In this document: positions 16,957 through 25,733 of the stretch, piece by piece | Layout: each line of letters opens with the position of its first letter | How positions within the stretch are numbered: the first letter of the stretch is position 1 | Origin: an uncultured Gemmatimonadota bacterium | Lineage (GTDB): Bacteria; Gemmatimonadota; Gemmatimonadetes; Palauibacterales; Palauibacteraceae | Direction of reading: 5' to 3' | NCBI GenBank assembly: GCA_964613475.1 | Contig: CAZTGV010000004.1 | Coordinates: forward strand, 12,375 to 76,374 | DNA length: 64,000 nt | Notes under the pieces: generated by a model | Database searches by the model: none | What the model saw: the letters and a program-made list of their open reading frames with translations, nothing else | What the model was told of the DNA's origin: nothing | Made by a program: the position numbers and the translations under genes

Positions 16957-17163
16957 ATGTCGATCGTGGGCTTCCACCGGATCCTGATCGGGACCGGCAT
17001 CCTCTTCTGCGGTCTGTACGCCGCCTGGGAGGCGGTCGCCTTCGCGCGAGGAGGCGGCTGGCTCGACCTGGCTCTCGCGGCGCTGTTCGGTCTCCTCGCG
17101 CTGGCGCTCGTCCTCTACCTCGCCCACCTGGACCGCTTCCTGGACCGCGAACCCTCCTCCTGA
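16957..17163 (+). CDS. hypothetical small 2-TM membrane protein
   Basis: MSIVGFHRILIGTGILFCGLYAAW...LALAALFGLLALALVLYLAHL. Third codon positions are GC-rich in this frame. It is divergent from the Mrp unit. Confidence 0.45.
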   Translation: MSIVGFHRILIGTGILFCGLYAAWEAVAFARGGGWLDLALAALFGLLALALVLYLAHLDRFLDREPSS

Positions 17164-17166
17164 AGC

Positions 17167-17808
17167 GTGCTCCGCCGGCTCGGTCCCGCGCCTTGGTGGC
17201 TCCTGGCGCTCTCCGGGATCTTCCTGACCGCCGTGGCCGTCCTGCTGGCAGCCTCTCTGGCGCGGCCAGAGCCGCCGCCGACCTTCCCGCCGGGCGCCGG
17301 GTTCCGGGACACGGACCCGGACGGCGTGGTCCGCGGCCGCTACACGGTGGACGCCCGGAACCCTGAACGGTGGACGTACTGGTCGTTCGCGCGCGGGGAG
17401 GTGTCGGGAGATCCGGAGCCGGAGGGCTGGGACCTGGCGGTGCGGCGCTTCCGGCTGGTGGTGAACGGCGGGCCCGGCTTCCCGGGCCGGGCGGCGGCGC
17501 GGGCACTCGGAGCGGCCCCCGAAGGCGCGCTGCCGGTCCCCTCGGCGGCCGCGCTGCGGGACGCCGAAGGCACCCGCGGGCGGCTCGCCGAGGATCCGCG
17601 CACGCCCGCCCTGGAGCGCTGGTACCGATACGGCTTCTTCACCCACCTGCTCCGGCCCGAGCCGGTGCTCTACGGGCTCCGCACGGCCGGAGGAGGGCGC
17701 GCCGCCCTTCGGATCCTGAGCTACTACTGCCCCGGCGCCGAGCCGGGCTGCGTCACGTTCGACTACGCGTGGGACCCGTCCTCCGAGCCCGGGAACCACG
17801 GCCGCTGA
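17167..17808 (+). CDS. membrane-anchored HmuY-like domain protein (tentative)
   Basis: GTG start 4 nt after the preceding stop. N-terminal TM anchor. GWDLAVRRFRLVVNGG resembles the WDLAF-R--I--NGG motif of HmuY-family proteins. C-terminal CPGAEPGC. Confidence 0.5.
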   Translation: MLRRLGPAPWWLLALSGIFLTAVAVLLAASLARPEPPPTFPPGAGFRDTDPDGVVRGRYTVDARNPERWTYWSFARGEVSGDPEPEGWDLAVRRFRLVVNGGPGFPGRAAARALGAAPEGALPVPSAAALRDAEGTRGRLAEDPRTPALERWYRYGFFTHLLRPEPVLYGLRTAGGGRAALRILSYYCPGAEPGCVTFDYAWDPSSEPGNHGR

Positions 17809-17841
17809 GGGCTCGGCCGCCGGCGGACTCCCGCCGGACCC

Positions 17842-18336
17842 TCAGCCGGACCTCCCGCCGCCGCCCTCGCCCCGGATGCGGGCGAGCAGCGCGGTGGTGG
17901 ACCGCCCCTCTTCCAGCGGAAGCAGGCGCACCTCGCCGCCGGCCGCCTCCACCTCGTCCCCCCCGACCACCTCCTCCCGCCGGTAGTCCTCCCCCTTGAC
18001 CAGCACGTCCGGCAGGAGCGCCTCGATCAGCGCCCGCGGGGTGTCCTCCTCGAAGACGGTCACCCCATCCACGCTGCGGAGCGAGGCGAGCAGGTAGGCG
18101 CGGTCCGCCGCCGGCAGCAGGGGGCGTCCGGCGCCCTTCAGCCGCCGTACGGAGTCGTCCGCGTTGATCCCCACCACCAGCCGGTCCCCGAGCGCGCGCG
18201 CCCGCTCGAGCAGCGAGACGTGCCCGCGGTGCAGCAGGTCGAAGCAGCCGTTCGTGAACACCAGGCGCTCCCGGCGCGGCCGGCCGAAGCGCCGGAGCAG
18301 GGCCTCGCGGTCCAGGATGCGCCCGCGCGCGCTCAT
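17842..18336 (-). CDS. hldC: D-glycero-beta-D-manno-heptose 1-phosphate adenylyltransferase (RfaE domain II type)
   Basis: 164 aa. [21 protein letters not shown] is the cytidylyltransferase HxGH motif. Confidence 0.85.
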   Translation of the reverse strand: MSARGRILDREALLRRFGRPRRERLVFTNGCFDLLHRGHVSLLERARALGDRLVVGINADDSVRRLKGAGRPLLPAADRAYLLASLRSVDGVTVFEEDTPRALIEALLPDVLVKGEDYRREEVVGGDEVEAAGGEVRLLPLEEGRSTTALLARIRGEGGGGRSG

Positions 18337-19310
18337 GCGCGCTCCGCGGGAGCGCCGTCCGGAGAGTCCTCGGCGCCGGCCCGCAGGGGGGCCAGGATGC
18401 GCTCGGCACCCCGCGACAGCAGCGCCTCGGCCAGCGCCCGGCCGAGCTCATCGGCCTCCTCGGCCGGGCCTTCCCGCACCCCCTCGACGGCCTCGCTCCC
18501 GTCCGGCGCCAGCACGACCCCGCGCAGCCGAATCCGATCCCCCTGCCGCTCCGCCAGCGCGCCGATCGGCACCCGGCAGCTCCCCTCCAGCCGCGCCAGG
18601 AACGCCCGCTCGGCGGCCACCGCCGCCCGGGCCTCCTCGGCGTCGATGGCCGCGAAGAGGGCCGCCATCGGCTCGTCGTCCGCCCTTCCCTGCACGGCCA
18701 GCGCCCCCTGCCCCGGCGCCGGCAGCCACGCCTCCGGATCGAGCGGCGTTCCGGGCGCCTCCTCCGACCGCAGGCGTCGCAGCCCCGCCGCGGCGAGCAC
18801 CAGCGCATCGTACTCGCCCGCGGCCCGCTTCCGCAGCCGCGTGTCCACGTTCCCCCGAATCGGCCGAGGGCGGCAGTCGGGACGGCGGCGCAGCAGCAGT
18901 GCCCGGCGGCGCAACGACGACGTCCCCACGACCGCGCCGGGCGGAAGGTCGTCCAGCCCCGCCCCCGGACGCCACACGAGGACGTCGCGCGGATCTTCGC
19001 GCTCCGGCACGGCCAGCAGCGTCAGCCGCGGCTCGAAACGGGTCGGCAGGTCCTTCAGCGAATGCACGGCCGCGTCGACGGACCCCGCGACGATCGCGGC
19101 CTCCAGCTCGGCCGTGAACAACCCTTTTCCGCCGATCTCCGGAAGCGGCCGGTCGAGCACCCGATCTCCCTCGGTGAGCACGTGGAGACGCTCGACCTTC
19201 AGGCCCGGCCAGGCCTCCCGGAGCCGCGCCTCCACGCGCTCGGCCTGGATGCGCGCCAGCTCGGAGCGCCGCGCGCCGAGGACCACGCGGGAGACGGGCG
19301 GGCGGGTCAC
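18333..19310 (-). CDS. hemC: hydroxymethylbilane synthase (porphobilinogen deaminase)
   Basis: [13 protein letters not shown]...TEGDR...GGKGLFT.ELE...DAAVHSLKD...GTSSLRR, and the cofactor Cys region EGSCRVPIG. Confidence 0.9.
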   Translation of the reverse strand: MTRPPVSRVVLGARRSELARIQAERVEARLREAWPGLKVERLHVLTEGDRVLDRPLPEIGGKGLFTAELEAAIVAGSVDAAVHSLKDLPTRFEPRLTLLAVPEREDPRDVLVWRPGAGLDDLPPGAVVGTSSLRRRALLLRRRPDCRPRPIRGNVDTRLRKRAAGEYDALVLAAAGLRRLRSEEAPGTPLDPEAWLPAPGQGALAVQGRADDEPMAALFAAIDAEEARAAVAAERAFLARLEGSCRVPIGALAERQGDRIRLRGVVLAPDGSEAVEGVREGPAEEADELGRALAEALLSRGAERILAPLRAGAEDSPDGAPAERA

Positions 19311-19442
19311 GGAGGGGCGGACGCGCGCAGCGCGCTCACGGCGACCGGCTCACCCATCGCCCGGCGGCGACCGGGGCGGCACCCGCTCCGTGGTGGGCGC
19401 CCGTTCCCGTTCGAGCGGGGCGAAGGGGAGGGGACGATCCGG

Positions 19443-19835
19443 TCAGCGACCCGACCCCGTCTCGACCCGGCGGGGGCGCACCCACTCCCACCGGTCGAAG
19501 AAGGAGACGGTGTCCGCGTAAGCGAGGGAGATCGAGACGTTGCCGTCCCGGTCGCGGCGGATCGAGATCTCCCGCGCCCGCGCCGGGAGTTCGAGCTCCC
19601 GGATGCGCGACAGCAGCGCCTCTCGGATCTCCTCGTCCGTGCGCTCCGCCCCGGTCACCGTCTGCTGCCGCGCGGCTTCCCGGACGGACCGGTACTCGAT
19701 CTCCCCCTCCGCGACCTGCAGGCCGAGGTAGGCCCCCGCGACGAGCAGCAGGAGCGCCAGGAGGCAGCCGATCCGGCTCGCCCCGCGCTGTCTCGACCGC
19801 GTCCGGTCACCACCTCGCCTGCGCACCATCGACAA
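19443..19835 (-). CDS. hypothetical membrane-anchored protein
   Basis: Basic N-terminus followed by the TM helix IGCLLALLLLVAGAYLGL. The start is uncertain because it overlaps the end of the upstream gene. Confidence 0.45.
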   Translation of the reverse strand: MSMVRRRGGDRTRSRQRGASRIGCLLALLLLVAGAYLGLQVAEGEIEYRSVREAARQQTVTGAERTDEEIREALLSRIRELELPARAREISIRRDRDGNVSISLAYADTVSFFDRWEWVRPRRVETGSGR

Positions 19836-20349
19836 TCTTCTGCACGAGGTTTTCCAGCGCCACCTGGATCCCGGCGTCCTCCGTCTCCGCCTCGGGCGCG
19901 TATTCCCCGATCCCGGAGAGCGAGGGCGCGCTGTACAGGATCTCCTGCCGCCGCATATCCAGGATCTCCACCCGGGCCACCACGTTCACGCGGCGCTCGA
20001 AGACGTCCGCGCCGACCCCCTCCTCGGCCTCGAAGGCGACGGCGTCGTTCGAGTAGCGCTGCACGCTGGCGCGGATCACCAGGTCGGCGTCCACCTCGGA
20101 CGCCAGCCGCAGGCCCAGGCGGTCGCGGGCCGCGTCGAGCAGCTGCTGGGTGAGGAGCTCCGAGATGCCGAACTGCGGGGTCTGGTTCTCCACCGGCGCC
20201 ACGTAGGCGCTCCGGATGTGCGGCGGCAGGCCTCCGCCCCCGGAGAAGCTGTAGCAGCCGACCCCCGCGCCGGCCAGCGCCAGCGCGGCCACGATCCCGG
20301 CCCGTCCCGCGGCCCGCGGGCGAGCGCTACGGCGACGCGCCCAGCTCAT
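19807..20349 (-). CDS. LptE-like outer-membrane lipoprotein
   Basis: ATG at 20349. Signal peptide and lipobox ALALAGAGVGC. The mature region (YVAPVENQTPQFGISELLTQQL...DLVIRASV) resembles LptE. Confidence 0.55.
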   Translation of the reverse strand: MSWARRRSARPRAAGRAGIVAALALAGAGVGCYSFSGGGGLPPHIRSAYVAPVENQTPQFGISELLTQQLLDAARDRLGLRLASEVDADLVIRASVQRYSNDAVAFEAEEGVGADVFERRVNVVARVEILDMRRQEILYSAPSLSGIGEYAPEAETEDAGIQVALENLVQKIVDGAQARW

Positions 20350-21085
20350 AGATCTCGCCTGGAAACGGCGCCTCCACCGTGCGGGACTCCTGGAGCGTCC
20401 AGCGCACGCGCGACGGGGCGACGTGGTCACGGTACTCCGCCTCGACGGGCCAGGCACCCAGCCGCTGCCCCTCCGGCGCGTCCCCCGCGCCGTCCTCCGC
20501 CTCCCCCGGTCCGTCGTCCCGCGCCTGCGTCTCCGGCCAGGAGACCCGGATACGGCGCAGCGTGCGGCGGCCGTCCCGCTCCTCCATCTCGACGATCCGG
20601 CCCTCCCGCAGCCGGACGCGCCGCTCCGTCCCCTCCGAGACGCGGTAGACGAGCACCACCTCGCCGTCGACCCGGAAGCCGGCGGCGGGCTGCGCGGCAC
20701 CGGGGCGGAAGAGCCCCGCCATGCCGTAGAGGAAGGGCGGCGCCGGAAGCTCGACGTCCTCGATCTGCCCCAGGGTGGAGAGGCGTCCGTCTACCAGGGC
20801 GGCCGCCATCGAGCCTTCGGCGGACGAGAAGAGGTCCAGCCGGAAGGAGTCCGGCGGGTTCACGCGGGCGACTCCCTCCCCGGTGAGGCGCCCCTTCTCG
20901 TCCGCGTACTCCCACCGGAACCGCACCCGGGACGGCGCGGCCGGCCCGCTCGCCGCGGCGGCCCGGTCGGCCAGCGCGGCGGGGTCGTCCACCGGCGGTC
21001 CGGTCTCGGGCGGCGGCGCGCACGCCGCGGCGACGGCCGCCGAGAGGGCGACCAGGCCGACGGCGATGATCGGAAGCCGTGTCAC
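20327..21085 (-). CDS. hypothetical lipoprotein (LolB/DUF4292-like fold suspected)
   Basis: MTRLPIIAVGLVALSAAVAAAC signal and lipobox. The segment RFRWEYADEKGRLTGEGVARVNPPDSFRLDLF is typical of lipoprotein-localisation-like beta folds. Confidence 0.5.
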   Translation of the reverse strand: MTRLPIIAVGLVALSAAVAAACAPPPETGPPVDDPAALADRAAAASGPAAPSRVRFRWEYADEKGRLTGEGVARVNPPDSFRLDLFSSAEGSMAAALVDGRLSTLGQIEDVELPAPPFLYGMAGLFRPGAAQPAAGFRVDGEVVLVYRVSEGTERRVRLREGRIVEMEERDGRRTLRRIRVSWPETQARDDGPGEAEDGAGDAPEGQRLGAWPVEAEYRDHVAPSRVRWTLQESRTVEAPFPGEIYELGASP

Positions 21086-21591
21086 CCTCGGCTCCGTCCT
21101 CCTTCCTTCCGTCCTCCGGGGGCGCGGTCCGCCTCGTGATCCGGGGAGGCCGCGTCGGTGGCCGATGTCCTCGCCTCCTCGGCCGCGCGCTCCAGGGCGT
21201 CGCGAACCGCCTCGGGCAGCCGCGCCGGCCGTCCCGCGTCATCCGTGCACACGAGCTCGGTGGTGGCACGCGCGAGCAGGCGGCCTTCCTCATCCAGGAT
21301 CCGGTAGGCGAACGTCACGCTCCGGCTCCGCACTGCTTCTACCCGCGTCTCCACCCGGACGATCGCGTCGTATCCGATTGCGCCGCGGTACTCGAGGGAC
21401 GCGCGGGCGACAGGCAGGCGGATGCCCCGCCGCTCGAGCGCCGCGTAGGAGACCCCCCGCTCGCGCATGAGCGCCGTCCGACCGGACTCGCACCAGACGA
21501 GATAGTGCGCGTGGTGCGCCCGACCCATCTGGTCGGTCTCCGCGTAGCGGACGCGCAGCGCCTCGACCCCGCGTCCCGGAGCGTGCTCCAT
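21082..21591 (-). CDS. acyl-CoA thioesterase, YbgC/4HBT (hotdog) family
   Basis: VRYAETDQMGRAHHAHYLVWCESGRTALMRERG is a 4HBT-type catalytic region. Confidence 0.8.
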   Translation of the reverse strand: MEHAPGRGVEALRVRYAETDQMGRAHHAHYLVWCESGRTALMRERGVSYAALERRGIRLPVARASLEYRGAIGYDAIVRVETRVEAVRSRSVTFAYRILDEEGRLLARATTELVCTDDAGRPARLPEAVRDALERAAEEARTSATDAASPDHEADRAPGGRKEGGRSRG

Positions 21592-21733
21592 TCGTCCTCC
21601 ATCGGCAGCGCGCCGACGGCCGCATCGCCGGCGCTCCGGAACGCGCGGAGGCTACGGGCGGGCACCGGCGGTGTCAAACGCCGCCCGGGCCCGATGCGTT
21701 GACGGCGGCCGCCGGGGCCCCTACTTCGGGCGC

Positions 21734-22525
21734 ATGCGCGCCCCCATCCTGATCTGCTCGGACGCCCACCTCGGCGCGGTGCCGGCGGACGCGGAGCGGG
21801 CCTTCCTCGCCTTCCTGGAGCGGGTCCCGGAGCTGTCGCGGGACCTCCTGATCGACGGAGACCTGTTCGACTTTTGGTTCGAGTACCGATCCGTCGTGCT
21901 CCGCGAGCACTTCCCGGTGCTCCGGCGACTCGCCGCGCTGGTCGACGCCGGCGTGCGGGTACGGCTGGTGGCGGGCAACCACGATGCCTGGGGCGGCGCC
22001 TTCCTGCGGGAGGAGGTGGGCCTGGAGCTGCTCGAGGGTCCGGTCCGCCTGACCCTGGCGGGGCGCCGGGCGCTGGTGGCGCACGGGGACGGCCTCGCCG
22101 GCGGCGACCTCGGCTATCGCCTCATCAAGGCGCTCATCCGAAGCCGCACCGCCCGGGTCGCCTTCCGGTGGCTGCACCCGGACGTCTCCCGGCCGCTGGT
22201 GCGCCGGCTGAGCGGCACCCCCGATCGGGGAGAGAGCGGCCCCGGCGCCGAGGAGGGGCGCGCCCGCGTCCTCTCGGCGCACGCGGCCCGGCTGCTGCGC
22301 GAGGACCCCTCGCTTGAGATGGTCGTGTTCGGGCACGCCCACAGGCCGGAGCTCCGGACCGTGTCGCCGGGACGCCACTACCTGAACCCGGGCGACTGGA
22401 TCCACCACCGCAGCTACGCGCTGGTGGGGCACGAGGGGATCGAGCTCCACCGGTGGCGAGGCCGCCCCTCCGAGCCCTCCGAACCGGAAGCGCGTGTCGC
22501 CTTCGACGCGGAGAGGCGCGCTTAG
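21734..22525 (+). CDS. lpxH: UDP-2,3-diacylglucosamine diphosphatase
   Basis: Metallophosphoesterase motifs ICSDAHLG, DGDLFDFW, GNHD and HGD. Confidence 0.85.
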   Translation: MRAPILICSDAHLGAVPADAERAFLAFLERVPELSRDLLIDGDLFDFWFEYRSVVLREHFPVLRRLAALVDAGVRVRLVAGNHDAWGGAFLREEVGLELLEGPVRLTLAGRRALVAHGDGLAGGDLGYRLIKALIRSRTARVAFRWLHPDVSRPLVRRLSGTPDRGESGPGAEEGRARVLSAHAARLLREDPSLEMVVFGHAHRPELRTVSPGRHYLNPGDWIHHRSYALVGHEGIELHRWRGRPSEPSEPEARVAFDAERRA

Positions 22526-23340
22526 AGGGCCGCCCGCCCCAGGTGCCGGATCGGCGCCCCCAGGAAGCGGTGGGCCAGCGCCCGGAAGCGCTCGGGGTCG
22601 TCGGTCACGAAGTGGCGGCCGGACGGCGTCTCGCCGCCCACCTCCGTCAGCAGCCCGTGCCCGGCCAGCCGCTCGGCCAGCGTCGCGGCCGTCGCCTCGG
22701 CGGAATCGATCAGCGCCACCCCCTTCCCGGCGACGCCGGCCAGGAGCGGCTTGAGCAGGGGGTAGTGCGTGCAGCCGAGCACCAGCGTGTCGATGCGCCG
22801 CGCCAGGAGCGGCCCCAGATAGCGCTCGGCCGTGAGGCGGGCCACCTCGCCCTCCGTCCACCCCTCCTCCGCCAGCGCCACGAAGAGCGGACAGGCGGCG
22901 GAGTGGACGACCGCCTCGGGCCGAACCGCGCGGATCGCCGCCTCGTAGCTCCCGCTCTCCACCGTCCCCTGGGTGCCGATCACCCCGATGATCCCGCCCG
23001 CCGAGCGCGCCGCCGCCGCGCGGGCCCCGGGCTCGATGACGCCGAGCACCGGCACCGGCACGCGGGCCGACACCGCCTCCGCGGCGCGCGCGGTCGCCGT
23101 GTTGCAGGCGATGACGATCGCCTTCACGCCCTCCGAGAGCAGGAAGTCCGCCGCCTCCAGGGCGTACCGGCGCACCGTCTCGGGCGACTTGGGGCCGTAG
23201 GGGACGCGGGCCGTGTCGCCCAGGTAGACCGTGGACTCCGCCGGGAGCCGCGCCCGGATGGCACGGAGGACCGTGAGGCCGCCGACCCCGGAGTCGAACA
23301 CCCCCACCGGGGCCCCGTGGCCGGTCGCGGGCTCAGCCAC
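22522..23340 (-). CDS. murI: glutamate racemase
   Basis: GVFDSGVGGLTVL, IACNTA and LGCTHYP. Confidence 0.9.
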   Translation of the reverse strand: MAEPATGHGAPVGVFDSGVGGLTVLRAIRARLPAESTVYLGDTARVPYGPKSPETVRRYALEAADFLLSEGVKAIVIACNTATARAAEAVSARVPVPVLGVIEPGARAAAARSAGGIIGVIGTQGTVESGSYEAAIRAVRPEAVVHSAACPLFVALAEEGWTEGEVARLTAERYLGPLLARRIDTLVLGCTHYPLLKPLLAGVAGKGVALIDSAEATAATLAERLAGHGLLTEVGGETPSGRHFVTDDPERFRALAHRFLGAPIRHLGRAAL

Positions 23341-23385
23341 CCGCCGGGCCCCCGGCCGATGGCGGCGCCGCGCCCGCCGCGTCGC

Positions 23386-23730
23386 TCATGGGACCGAGAC
23401 CGGAACGGACCAGCGGAGCTCCGCCCCGGCCGAGCCGTCGGCCGGCGGCCGCACCTCCGGCTCGAAGTCCCAGAAGTGGGTGGACACCCAGGCGTCCAGC
23501 CCCGAGAGGAAGGCCACGAAGCCGGCCAGCACGATCCAGTTTTCGCGCTGGCCGGTCCGCGACTCGACCAGGCCCTCGTCCGGAGGCTCGGCCTGCCGGG
23601 CTGCCCGCAGCTTCGCCTGGGTCTTGAAGACCATGAGCAGGCTCAGCCCTTCGGCCGCGAAGTAGATGCCGCCGCGCACGGGACGCCCCACCGACGCCTG
23701 TCCCCAGCCCGGCACGACGAGCGAGCGCAT
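23386..23730 (-). CDS. DUF5683-like small membrane protein
   Basis: The ATG at 23730 gives MRSLVVPGWGQASVGRPVRGGIYFAAEGLSLLMVF. The longer ORF runs through the tRNA-Sec gene and has no canonical start between 23731 and 23960. Confidence 0.45.
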   Translation of the reverse strand: MRSLVVPGWGQASVGRPVRGGIYFAAEGLSLLMVFKTQAKLRAARQAEPPDEGLVESRTGQRENWIVLAGFVAFLSGLDAWVSTHFWDFEPEVRPPADGSAGAELRWSVPVSVP

Positions 23731-23960
23731 CAGGGCGCCGACCGGGCTGACGGGCGGGAGGGTGTCCCGGGCCTGCGCGGGCGGCCGCTCGAGCGCGTCG
23801 GGCGTCTGCGGATCCCGGTCCGCCTCGCTGTCCTGCCGCTCCCCGCCCTCCGCCTCCGGCCCCTGCTCCTGGCCCTGCCGCTCCGGCTCCTCCCCCTCCT
23901 GCGCCGCCGCGCCTCCCGCGACCGCGCCCAGGAGGAGGAACGCCGCGCAGGCCGCCCGGA

Positions 23961-24056
23961 TGGCGGGAACGTGTGGGAATCGAACCCACCCGGGACGCTC
24001 ACGCGCCCCGCGCTCGCTTTGAAGGCGAGGAGCGACACCAGTCGCCATCCGCTCCC
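23961..24056 (-). tRNA. selC: tRNA-Sec (anticodon UCA)
   Basis: The 96-nt minus-strand sequence is GGGAGCGGATGGCGACTGGTGTCGCTCCTCGCCTTCAAAGCGAGCGCGGGGCGCGTGAGCGTCCCGGGTGGGTTCGATTCCCACACGTTCCCGCCA. Anticodon loop CUUCAAA. 6-bp D stem with a 4-nt loop. 7-bp variable arm. TTCGATT T loop. The CCA end is encoded. The 3' half closely resembles E. coli selC as I recall it. Confidence 0.9.
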
Positions 24057-24089
24057 GGGCTCCCGACGGGCCGGGAACGCCGGGCGGCG

Positions 24090-24485
24090 TCAACCCCGGC
24101 GCTTCCGCGCCACGAGGTCGATCTCCACCCGGGCATCCTTCGGCAGGCGCGCCACCTGGACGGTGGAGCGCGCCGGGTAGGGGGCGGAGAACCACGCCCC
24201 GTACACCTCGTTGACCGCCGCGAAGTCCTCCATGTCGGCCAGGTACACGGTCGTCTTCACGACGTCCTCCGGCCCGAGTCCGGCGGCGCGCAGCACGGCG
24301 CCCAGGTTCTCCAGCGCGCGACGCGCCTCGGCGCCCGTGCCTCCGGGGGCCAACTCGCCGGTGCCCGGATCCAGGCCGATCTGGCCGGCCGAGAAGAAGA
24401 GCTCGGCCGCCCACACCCCCTGGGCGTACGGTCCGATCGCCGCCGGCGCGCCGTCGGTCGCCACCGTCCGTCCCTCCTCCGTCAC
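24090..24485 (-). CDS. ridA: RidA/YjgF-family reactive intermediate deaminase
   Basis: GTG at 24485 forms a GTGA overlap. APAAIGPYAQGV...FFSAGQIGLDP...VKTTVYLADMEDFAAVNEVY...PARSTVQVARLP. Confidence 0.85.
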   Translation of the reverse strand: MTEEGRTVATDGAPAAIGPYAQGVWAAELFFSAGQIGLDPGTGELAPGGTGAEARRALENLGAVLRAAGLGPEDVVKTTVYLADMEDFAAVNEVYGAWFSAPYPARSTVQVARLPKDARVEIDLVARKRRG

Positions 24486-25570
24486 GCCCCCTCCTCTGCC
24501 TCCGTGAATGCCGCCGGGGCCCGGTCCGTCCGATCCCGCAGCGCCCGCATCACCTCCCCCGCGGCGACCGGCCGCGCCCCCAGCCGCGACACCTGCAGGC
24601 CGGCCGCAAAGTTCGCCAGCGCGGCCGCGAGGCGCAAAGACGCCCCCTCGCCCGCCAGAGTGGAGGCGAGGACCGCCGTCACCGTGTCCCCGGCCCCGGA
24701 GACGTCGTACACCTCCCGGGCGTCGGAGGGGATCCGCAGCGGCGCCTCGGCACCCTCCTCCAGCAGCAGCATCCCCTCCTCCCCGAGCGTGACGAGCAGG
24801 TTTCGGCACTCGAGCCGCTCCATCACGCCACGGAGCGCCGCGGCGCCCTGGGGCATGCTCTCCACCCCCAGGGCCGCGGCCAGCTCGCGGGCGTTCGGCT
24901 TGAACACGGCCGCCCCCCGGAAATCGAAGAAGTGGCGCAGCTTCGGATCCACGATCGAGACGACCCCGCGGCGGCGCGCCCGCTCCAAGAGGTGCCGCGC
25001 CGCCTCCGGGCGCAGGGCGCCCTTGTCGTAGTCTTCGAGCACCAGCGCGTCGACCCCGTCCAGCGCCGCCTCCGCCCGCTCCAGGAGCGCGGACGCGACC
25101 TCGTCCGGCAACGGCTCGGTCGATTCCCGGTCGATCCGGATCATCTGCTGCTGACGTGCCAGCACCCGCGTCTTCACGGTCGTCGGCCGGTCCGCCGCCT
25201 CGACCAGGTCGTCCGTCTCGATCCCCCGGCGGGCCAGGAGCCCCCGCACCGCCTCGGCCGCGCGGTCCCGGCCCACCGCGCCCACCAGGCGGCAGCGGCC
25301 GCCGAGGGCGCGAATCCCCGACGCGACGTTCGCGGCGCCGCCGAGCGCGCGCCGCTGCCGCCGGATGTGGACGACCGGGACGGGCGCTTCGGGCGACACC
25401 CGGTCGACCCGCCCCATCAGGTAGCGGTCCAGCATGACGTCGCCCACAACCAGGACGCGGGCGGTCCGGGCGCGCCGCAGGAGCGGCGACACCTCGCTTC
25501 GTGGGAGTGGGGAAACGGAGCTCACGCTCGCCTTGCGCCTTCGGGGGGGTACGGATACCCTGCCCGCCAT
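24482..25570 (-). CDS. hldA: D-glycero-beta-D-manno-heptose-7-phosphate kinase (RfaE domain I, PfkB family)
   Basis: VLVVGDVMLDRY...VSPEAPVPVV...LGGAANVA...DVSGAGDTV. The exact start is uncertain. Confidence 0.85.
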   Translation of the reverse strand: MAGRVSVPPRRRKASVSSVSPLPRSEVSPLLRRARTARVLVVGDVMLDRYLMGRVDRVSPEAPVPVVHIRRQRRALGGAANVASGIRALGGRCRLVGAVGRDRAAEAVRGLLARRGIETDDLVEAADRPTTVKTRVLARQQQMIRIDRESTEPLPDEVASALLERAEAALDGVDALVLEDYDKGALRPEAARHLLERARRRGVVSIVDPKLRHFFDFRGAAVFKPNARELAAALGVESMPQGAAALRGVMERLECRNLLVTLGEEGMLLLEEGAEAPLRIPSDAREVYDVSGAGDTVTAVLASTLAGEGASLRLAAALANFAAGLQVSRLGARPVAAGEVMRALRDRTDRAPAAFTEAEEGA

Positions 25571-25733
25571 TCCGGAAACGGCCGACCGCGGCGCCCCGTC
25601 CCCGCGGGCTCTTCCCGGCTCCGCGCGCGAGCGCGGGCGCCGGACCCTCGGCGGGCCGGTCTCGGAGCCGCGCGCGAACGATATTCCGGGCCTCGCGCGG
25701 AGTCAAAGGAAGCAGGAGGGAAGCAGGCGGGCG

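Noticed and set aside
17806-17845. Nested inverted repeats (CTGAGGG...CCCTCAG enclosing CCGGCGG-ACTC-CCGCCGG) spanning both convergent stop codons, considered as a bidirectional terminator
   Set aside because: No U-tract is present on either strand. GC-rich palindromes are frequent in this sequence. It may still act as an RNA hairpin, but a terminator call is unsupported.
21699-21736. Possible leaderless promoter for lpxH (TTGACG-N17-TACTTC-N6-ATG)
   Set aside because: The -10 candidate lacks the highly conserved final T, and the arrangement could easily arise by chance. It cannot be supported from sequence alone.
24046-24048. ATG inside the tRNA-Sec D arm as the start of the DUF5683-like CDS
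   Set aside because: It would make a CDS fully contain a same-strand tRNA gene. The internal ATG at 23730 begins exactly at the conserved DUF5683-like motif.
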